Shown here in pieces: positions 34,439 to 40,668 of a DNA stretch of 40,668 bases. Position numbers and translations under genes: made by a program. Under the pieces are notes generated by a model. It had not been told where the DNA came from and ran no database searches. It saw only the letters and a program-made list of their open reading frames with translations. The stretch spans positions 1 to 40,668 of IMG/VR virus record IMGVR_UViG_2534682060_000017. One strand, 5' to 3'. Each line of letters starts with the position of its first letter. Within the stretch, counting starts at the first letter, position 1. The stretch is from a virus (taxonomy: Duplodnaviria; Heunggongvirae; Uroviricota; Caudoviricetes).

Positions 34439-37400
34439 TTTGGGGATTGATGCGGCAGAGTTTAAAAATGAAATTCCCCGTATCAAAAACCTTCTGAATG
34501 GTGCAGCCAGCGATGCAGAACGGTCTTCTGCCCGTATGCAGCGTTTTATGGAGCGTCAGACTCAGGCCGCCCGGCAGACAACGCAGGCGGCTTCTTCGGC
34601 TGCAACAGCCGCATCCGTCCATGCGCAGACGGTGGAGAAGAACGCACAGGCTCATGAACGCATGGCCCGCGAGGTGGAGAAAACCCGCCAGCGCATGGAG
34701 GCGCTGAGCCAGAAAATGCGCGAGGAACAGGCGCAGGCCATGGCTCTGGCGGAGGCTCAGGATAAAGCGGCTGCTGCGTTTTATCGTCAGATTGACAGTG
34801 TGAAACAGGCCAGTGCGGGACTGCAGGAATTACAGCGTATTCAGCAGCAGATCCGACAGGCCAGAAACAGTGGCGGGATTGGTCAGCAGGATTATCTGGC
34901 GCTGATTTCTGAGGTTACGGCGAAAACCCGTGTTCTTACACAGGCTGAGGAAGAGGCTACCCGACAGAAAGTGGCGTTTATCCGTCAGCTTAAAGAGCAG
35001 GCAACCCGCCAGAATCTTTCATCTTCTGAGTTGCTTCGTGCCAGGGCTGCCCAGCTGGGGGTAAGCAGTGCTGCAGAAGTGTATATCCGCAAAATGGAGC
35101 AGGCAGGAAAAGCCACGCATTCGCTGGGTCTGAAAAGTGCAGCGGCCCGCCAGGAGATAGGCGTTCTGATAGGTGAACTGGCCCGCGGCGATTTTGGGGC
35201 GCTGAGGGGATCCGGGATAACGCTGGCTAACCGTGCCGGATGGATAGACACACTGATGTCACCGAAAGGTATGATGCTTGGGGGAGTTATTGGCGGAATT
35301 GCCGCGGCTGTCTATGGTCTGGGTAAAGCCTGGTATGACGGTCAGAAGGAGGGGGAAGAATTTAACCGCCAGCTGACGCTGACGGGGCATTATGCCGGAG
35401 TCACTGCCGGGCAGCTGTGGACGCTCAGTCGTGCTATTTCCGGGAATGGTATCACGCAACATGCTGCAGCCGGTGCGCTGGCACAGGTGGTGGGTAGTGG
35501 CGCATTTCGTGGAAACGATATCGGTATGGTGGCGAGAGCTGCCGCACAGATGGAGCGATCGGTTGGCCAGTCGGTCAGCGATACCATAAATCAGTTTAAG
35601 CGGCTGAAGGATGATCCTGTAAATGCCGCGAAGGCTCTGGACAATGAGCTGCATTTTCTTACCGCCACTCAGCTCGAGCAGATACGTGTCCTTGGGGAAC
35701 AGGGGCGGTCAAGTGATGCTGCCCGGATAGCCATGTCGGCACTGGCAGAGGAAACCGGCCGGCGTACATCGGATATTGATAATAACCTCAATGCGCTGGG
35801 AAGTACGCTACAGACACTGACCGACTGGTGGAATCTTTTCTGGGATGCGGCAATGAACATTGGCCGGGAGGATTCTCTTGATGCGCAGATTGCAGCACTG
35901 CAGGAAAAAATTCAGCGAGCAAAGAAATTTCCGTGGACGAACGCGTCCACCACGGTGGAATACGATCAGCAACAGCTGGATGAGCTGCAAGAGCGAAAGC
36001 GCCAGCAGGATTTGCAGGATGCAAAAGATCAGGCAGAGCGGAATTATCAGGAGCAACAGAAACGCCGTAATGCTGAAAATGCTGCACTGAACCGGATGAA
36101 TGAAACGGAAGCCGCACGACATCAGCGTGAAATTGCGCGTATTAATGCCATGCAGTACGCCGACCAGGCTGTCAGGGATGCGGCGATACAACGTGAAAAT
36201 GAACGTCACGAGAAAGCCCTTGCGTCCGGCAAGAAAAAAACACGCGCCCCCCGTAATGATGAGGCCACCCGGTTATTGCTGCAGTACAGTCAGCAACAGG
36301 CACAGGTGGAAGGGCAGATTGCTGCTGCCAGACAATCAGCAGGCATTTCCACTGAAAAGATGACAGAAGCACATAAACAGCTTCTGGCTCTGCAGCAGCG
36401 CATCAGCGACCTGGACGGGAAAAAACTGACGGCAGATGAAAAGAGTGTTCTGGCCCGTAAAGATGAACTGATTCAGGCACTGACGCTGCTGGATGTAAAA
36501 CAGCAGGAGCTTCAGAAACAGACGGCACTCAACGAGCTGAAGAAAAAAACAATTCAGCTGAGCAGTCAACTGGCTGAAGAAGAGCGCGCTCAGCGTCAGC
36601 AACATGACCTGGATATCGCCACGACAGGGATGGGGGATAAACAGCGTCAGCGATACCAGACACAGTTCAGTCTGCAACAAAAATATCAGCAGAAGCTGGA
36701 ACAGCTGGAGCGTGACAGTAGGCAGAAAGGAACATTCGGCACGGATGAATACCGGAACGCAGAACAAACACTGACAGACAGTCTTAACCGACAACTGAAC
36801 GAAAACAGACGCTACTGGCAGGAGCAGGAATTGATGCAGGCAGACTGGAAAAACGGTGCCATGCGGGCATTTCAGAATTTTACAGAGAATGCGGATAACA
36901 CGGCGGGAACTGTGGAACAGCTGTTTACCTCTGCCTTCAGCGGTATGGGAAATAGTCTGGCAACCTTTGTGACTACCGGCAAGTTCAGCTTCAAGTCTTT
37001 TACTTCATCAGTGCTGTCAGATATGGCGAAAATTTTGGCGCAGGCAACCATGATGAAGGCTGTCAAAGGGATTGGTAGTGCACTGGGGATGGGTTCTGTT
37101 CTCGGCAGCCTTTCCCTTAATGCTGATGGTGGTGTTTATCAGTCTGCCGATTTGAGTCGCTACAGTGGTTCTGTAGTTAACCGTCCGACGTTTTTTGCTT
37201 TTGCAAAAGGCGCGGGTGTGATGGGGGAAGCGGGGCCTGAAGCCATTCTGCCACTGCGTCGTGGTGCCGATGGTAAGCTGGGTGTTGTGGCGGATATTGG
37301 TGGTTCAGGTATCGCGATGTTTGCCCCGCAGTACAACATTGAGATCAATAACGACGGCACGAACGGGCAGATAGGTCCGGCTGCCCTGAAGGTGGTTTAT

Positions 37401-37481
37401 GACCTCGGGAAAAAAGCGGCAGCGGACTTTATGCAACAGCAGGCCCGTGATGGTGGTCAGTTAAGTGGAGCATATCGGTAA
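34410..37481 (+). CDS. H: Tail tape measure protein H
   Basis: 1023-aa ORF, highly alpha-helical/coiled-coil with Gln/Ala/Arg-rich repeats and a glycine-rich C-terminal region; GGAGG RBS. Confidence 0.9.
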   Translation: MDQIANLVIDLGIDAAEFKNEIPRIKNLLNGAASDAERSSARMQRFMERQTQAARQTTQAASSAATAASVHAQTVEKNAQAHERMAREVEKTRQRMEALSQKMREEQAQAMALAEAQDKAAAAFYRQIDSVKQASAGLQELQRIQQQIRQARNSGGIGQQDYLALISEVTAKTRVLTQAEEEATRQKVAFIRQLKEQATRQNLSSSELLRARAAQLGVSSAAEVYIRKMEQAGKATHSLGLKSAAARQEIGVLIGELARGDFGALRGSGITLANRAGWIDTLMSPKGMMLGGVIGGIAAAVYGLGKAWYDGQKEGEEFNRQLTLTGHYAGVTAGQLWTLSRAISGNGITQHAAAGALAQVVGSGAFRGNDIGMVARAAAQMERSVGQSVSDTINQFKRLKDDPVNAAKALDNELHFLTATQLEQIRVLGEQGRSSDAARIAMSALAEETGRRTSDIDNNLNALGSTLQTLTDWWNLFWDAAMNIGREDSLDAQIAALQEKIQRAKKFPWTNASTTVEYDQQQLDELQERKRQQDLQDAKDQAERNYQEQQKRRNAENAALNRMNETEAARHQREIARINAMQYADQAVRDAAIQRENERHEKALASGKKKTRAPRNDEATRLLLQYSQQQAQVEGQIAAARQSAGISTEKMTEAHKQLLALQQRISDLDGKKLTADEKSVLARKDELIQALTLLDVKQQELQKQTALNELKKKTIQLSSQLAEEERAQRQQHDLDIATTGMGDKQRQRYQTQFSLQQKYQQKLEQLERDSRQKGTFGTDEYRNAEQTLTDSLNRQLNENRRYWQEQELMQADWKNGAMRAFQNFTENADNTAGTVEQLFTSAFSGMGNSLATFVTTGKFSFKSFTSSVLSDMAKILAQATMMKAVKGIGSALGMGSVLGSLSLNADGGVYQSADLSRYSGSVVNRPTFFAFAKGAGVMGEAGPEAILPLRRGADGKLGVVADIGGSGIAMFAPQYNIEINNDGTNGQIGPAALKVVYDLGKKAAADFMQQQARDGGQLSGAYR

Positions 37482-37810
37482 TGGAGACGTTTCACTGGAA
37501 AGTACGTCCGGATATGAATGTCGTATCAGAGCCAAAGGTAGTGACAGTGAAGCTTGGCGATGGTTATGAACAACGTCGTGCGGCGGGGCTGAATAACCAG
37601 CTGTCGACTTACAGCGTGACGATACGTGTTCGTAAATGTGAACACCAGTCTTTAAAAGCCTTTCTGGAACAGCACGGTGGCGTCCGTGCATTTCAGTGGA
37701 CGCCACCTTATGACTGGAAGCCGATCAGGGTGGTTTGTCGTAAATGGTCGGCAAGCGTAGGGGCGCTGTGGGTAACCATAACGGCAGATTTTGAACAGGT
37801 CGTGGCATAG
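37481..37810 (+). CDS. M: Minor tail protein M
   Basis: 109 aa as lambda gpM; TAATG overlap with H stop; sequence similarity by recall. Confidence 0.85.
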   Translation: METFHWKVRPDMNVVSEPKVVTVKLGDGYEQRRAAGLNNQLSTYSVTIRVRKCEHQSLKAFLEQHGGVRAFQWTPPYDWKPIRVVCRKWSASVGALWVTITADFEQVVA

Positions 37811-37819
37811 GAGACTCTG

Positions 37820-38518
37820 ATGCAGGACATACAGCAGGAAACACTGAATGAATGCATCCGTGCGGAGCAGTCGGCCTGCCTGGTGCTCTGGGAAATTGAC
37901 CTGACAGAGGTCGGTGGAGAACGTTATTTTTTCTGTAATGAGCAGAACGAAAAAGGTGAGCCGGTCACCTGGCAGGGGCGACAGTATCAGCCGTATCCCA
38001 TTCAGGGGACGGGATTTGAACTGAACGGCAAGGGCAGTGCTGCCCGTCCGACACTGACGGTCTCTAACCTGTACGGTATGGTCACCGGGATGGCGGAAGA
38101 TCTGCAGAGTCTGGTTGGCGGAACGGTGGTCCGGCGTAAGGTTTACGCCCGTTTTCTGGATGCGGTGAACTTCGTCAACGGAAACAGAGACGCCGATCCG
38201 GAGCAGGAGGTGATCAGCCGCTGGCGCATCGAGCAGTGCAGCGAACTGAGCGCGGTGAGTGCCTCCTTTGTACTGTCCACGCCGACGGAAACGGACGGCG
38301 CTGTTTTTCCGGGGCGTATCATGCTGGCCAACACCTGCACCTGGACCTATCGCGGTGATGAGTGCGGTTATCACGGTCCGGCAGTCGCGGATGAATATGA
38401 CCAGCTGACGTCCGATATCACGAAGGATAAATGCAGCAAATGCCTGAGCGGCTGTAAGTTTCGCAATAACGTCGGCAACTTTGGCGGCTTCCTTTCCATT
38501 AACAAACTTTCGCAGTAA
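37820..38518 (+). CDS. L: Minor tail protein L
   Basis: 232 aa as lambda gpL; AGGAG RBS; conserved Cys cluster near C-terminus. Confidence 0.9.
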   Translation: MQDIQQETLNECIRAEQSACLVLWEIDLTEVGGERYFFCNEQNEKGEPVTWQGRQYQPYPIQGTGFELNGKGSAARPTLTVSNLYGMVTGMAEDLQSLVGGTVVRRKVYARFLDAVNFVNGNRDADPEQEVISRWRIEQCSELSAVSASFVLSTPTETDGAVFPGRIMLANTCTWTYRGDECGYHGPAVADEYDQLTSDITKDKCSKCLSGCKFRNNVGNFGGFLSINKLSQ

Positions 38519-38522
38519 ACCC

Positions 38523-39266
38523 ATGACAGAAACAGAATCAGCGATTCTGGCGCACGCCCGGCGATGTGCGCCAGCGGAGTCGTGCGGCTTCGTGGTGAGA
38601 GCGCCGGAGGGGGAAAGATATTTTCCCTGCATGAATATTTCCGGTGAGCCGGAGGGTTATTTCCGGATGTCGCCGGAAGACTGGCTGCAGGCAGAAATGC
38701 AGGGTGAGATTGTGGCGCTGGTCCACAGCCACCCCGGTGGTCTGCCCTGGCTGAGTGAGGCCGACCGGCGGCTGCAGGTGCAGAGTGATTTGCCGTGGTG
38801 GCTGGTCTGCCGGGGGACGATTCATAAGTTCCGCTGTGTGCCGCATCTCACCGGGCGGCGCTTTGAGCACGGGGTGACGGACTGTTACACGCTGTTCCGG
38901 GATGCTTATCATCTGGCGGGGATTGAGATGCCGGATTTTCATCGCGAGGATGACTGGTGGCGTCACGGTCAGAATCTCTATCTTGACAATATGGAGGCAA
39001 CGGGTTTTTACCGTGTCGCACTGACAGAGGCGCAGCCGGGCGACGTGCTGCTGTGCAGCTTTGGTTCATCGGTGCCGAATCATGCTGCCATTTACTGTGG
39101 CGACGGCGAGCTGCTGCACCATATTCCTGAACAACTGAGTAAACGAGAGAGGTACACCGACAAATGGCAGCGACGCACACACTCCCTCTGGCGTCACCAG
39201 GCATGGCACGCATCTGCCTTTACGGGGATTTGCAACGATTTGGCCGCCGCATCGACCTTCGTGTGA
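38523..39266 (+). CDS. K: Tail assembly protein K (MPN/JAB and NlpC/P60-like)
   Basis: ATG 38523 right after L stop; motifs HSHP.G (JAB-like) and later Cys/His region; position as lambda K. Confidence 0.85.
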   Translation: MTETESAILAHARRCAPAESCGFVVRAPEGERYFPCMNISGEPEGYFRMSPEDWLQAEMQGEIVALVHSHPGGLPWLSEADRRLQVQSDLPWWLVCRGTIHKFRCVPHLTGRRFEHGVTDCYTLFRDAYHLAGIEMPDFHREDDWWRHGQNLYLDNMEATGFYRVALTEAQPGDVLLCSFGSSVPNHAAIYCGDGELLHHIPEQLSKRERYTDKWQRRTHSLWRHQAWHASAFTGICNDLAAASTFV

Positions 39267-39811
39267 AAACGGGGGCTGAAGCCATCCGGGCGCTGGCCAC
39301 ACAGCTCCCGGCGTTTCGTCAGAAACTGAGCGATGGCTGGTATCAGATACGGATTGCCGGGCGTGATACAGGTGAAAACGAATTATCAGCCCGTCTGAAT
39401 GAGCCGCTGGAAAATGGTGCCGTGATCCACATCGTACCGCGTCTGGCGGGTGCTAAAAGTGGCGGTATTTTTCAGGCAGTGCTGGGGGCGGCGTTGATTG
39501 CGGTTGCATGGTGGAACCCTGTGGGCTGGCTGGGGGCCGCGGCTGTATCGGGTATGTATGCGGCAGGGGCCAGTATGATCCTGGGCGGTGTGGCGCAGAT
39601 GCTGGCCCCCAAACCCAGAACCCCCCGAACACAGACAACGGATAACGGTAAGCAGAACACCTATTTCTCCTCACTGGATAACATGGTTGCCCAGGGCAAT
39701 GTTCTGCCTGTTCTGTACGGTGAAATGCGCGTGGGGTCACGCGTGGTTTCTCAGGAGATCAGCACGGCAGACGAAGGGGACGGTGGTCAGGTTGTGGTGA
39801 TTGGTCGCTGA
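39164..39811 (+). CDS. I: Tail assembly protein I
   Basis: 215-aa ORF overlapping K 3' end as in lambda; C-terminus ..NGKQNTYFSSLDNMVAQGNVLPVLYGEMRVGSRVVSQEISTADEGDGG.. recognised as gpI. Confidence 0.85.
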   Translation: MAATHTLPLASPGMARICLYGDLQRFGRRIDLRVKTGAEAIRALATQLPAFRQKLSDGWYQIRIAGRDTGENELSARLNEPLENGAVIHIVPRLAGAKSGGIFQAVLGAALIAVAWWNPVGWLGAAAVSGMYAAGASMILGGVAQMLAPKPRTPRTQTTDNGKQNTYFSSLDNMVAQGNVLPVLYGEMRVGSRVVSQEISTADEGDGGQVVVIGR

Positions 39812-39829
39812 TGCAAAATGTTTTATGTG

Positions 39830-39857
39830 AAACCGCCTCCGGGCGGTTTTGTCGTTT
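39830..39857 (+). terminator. Hairpin with T-rich tail between I and J
   Basis: AACCGCC-TCCG-GGCGGTT followed by TTGTCGTTT. Confidence 0.45.
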
Positions 39858-39871
39858 ATGGAGCATGACGA

Positions 39872-40668
39872 ATGGGTAAAGGCAGCAGTAAGGGGCATAC
39901 CCCGCGCGAAGCAAAGGACAACCTGAAGTCCACGCAGTTGCTGAGTGTGATCGATGCCATCAGCGAAGGGCCGGTTGAAGGTCCGGTGGATGGATTAAAA
40001 AGCGTGCTGCTGAACAGTACACCTGTGCTGGACAGTGAGGGGAATACCAATATCTCCGGCGTCACGGTGGTGTTCCGGGCCGGTGAGCAGGAGCAGACAC
40101 CGCCGGAGGGATTTGAATCCTCCGGCTCCGAGACGGTGCTCGGTACGGAAGTGAAATACGACACGCCGATCACCCGGACCATCACGTCGGCAAACATCGA
40201 CCGTCTGCGCTTTACCTTCGGTGTGCAGGCACTGGTGGAAACCACCTCAAAGGGTGACAGGAATCCGTCGGAAGTCCGCCTGCTGGTTCAGATACGACGT
40301 AACGGTGGCTGGGTGACGGAAAAAGCATCACCATTAAGGGCAAAACCACCTCGCAGTATCTGGCCTCGGTGGTGGTGGGTAACCTGCCGCCGCGCCCGTT
40401 CAACATCCGGATGCGCAGGATGACGCCGGACAGCACCACAGACCAGCTGCAGAACAAAACGCTCTGGTCGTCATACACTGAAATCATCGATGTGAAACAG
40501 TGCTACCCGAACACGGCACTGGTTGGCGTACAGGTGGACTCGGAACAGTTCGGCAGTCAGCAGGTGAGCCGTAATTATCATCTGCGCGGGCGCATTCTGC
40601 AGGTGCCGTCGAACTATAACCCGCAGACGCGGCAATACAGCGGTATCTGGGACGGAACGTTTAAACCG
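39872..40668 (+). pseudogene. J: Host specificity/tail tip protein J, 5' part; reading frame interrupted by apparent 1-nt deletion near 40322-40326; continues off window end
   Basis: N-terminal 150 aa match lambda gpJ (MGKGSSKGHTPREAKDNLKSTQLLSVIDAISEGP..); after GGWVTEK the frame runs to a stop at 40423, while the -1 frame from about 40327 encodes DITIKGKTTSQYLASVV.GNLPPRPFNIRMRRMTPD.. matching the gpJ continuation to the window edge. Confidence 0.7.

Noticed and set aside
35259-36794. Several 110-150-aa minus-strand ORFs inside the tape measure gene H
   Set aside because: All are antisense to the gpH-like frame, which has clear lambda similarity; no start signals.
37652-38632. 326-aa minus-strand ORF spanning the M/L/K genes
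   Set aside because: Overlaps three lambda-like tail genes on the opposite strand; Arg-rich product; no RBS; spurious.

Overview
This window reads as a mosaic Rac-like/lambda-like lambdoid prophage of an enterobacterial (E. coli-type) genome, laid out in canonical order. From left to right: integrase and excisionase-like gene, a RecE-like exonuclease and small early-left genes (minus strand), a SieB-like exclusion gene, the RacR repressor flanked by operator-bearing divergent promoters, YdaS/YdaT, and a replication module. Then comes a strongly AT-rich cargo island carrying an 834-aa PD-(D/E)xK nuclease + P-loop NTPase protein, a hok/sok-like type I toxin locus and a Fic/Doc toxin module. After that: DUF968, RusA, a Q-like antiterminator with a late promoter/terminator, a second cargo block (AT-rich membrane protein, orphan DNA methyltransferase), a holin/GH108-endolysin lysis cassette, small membrane/lipoprotein genes, a cos-like site, terminase small and large subunits, W-like protein, portal, a fused protease-capsid gene, and lambda-like tail genes Z-U-V-G/T-H-M-L-K-I-J, with J running off the window end and carrying an apparent frameshift. 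The most interesting candidate for an undescribed system is the 834-aa low-GC protein at 10655-13159, which looks like a single-gene anti-phage defence candidate. All assignments come from reading the translations and sequence motifs by eye; no database search or computation was run, and coordinates of non-coding elements are approximate.
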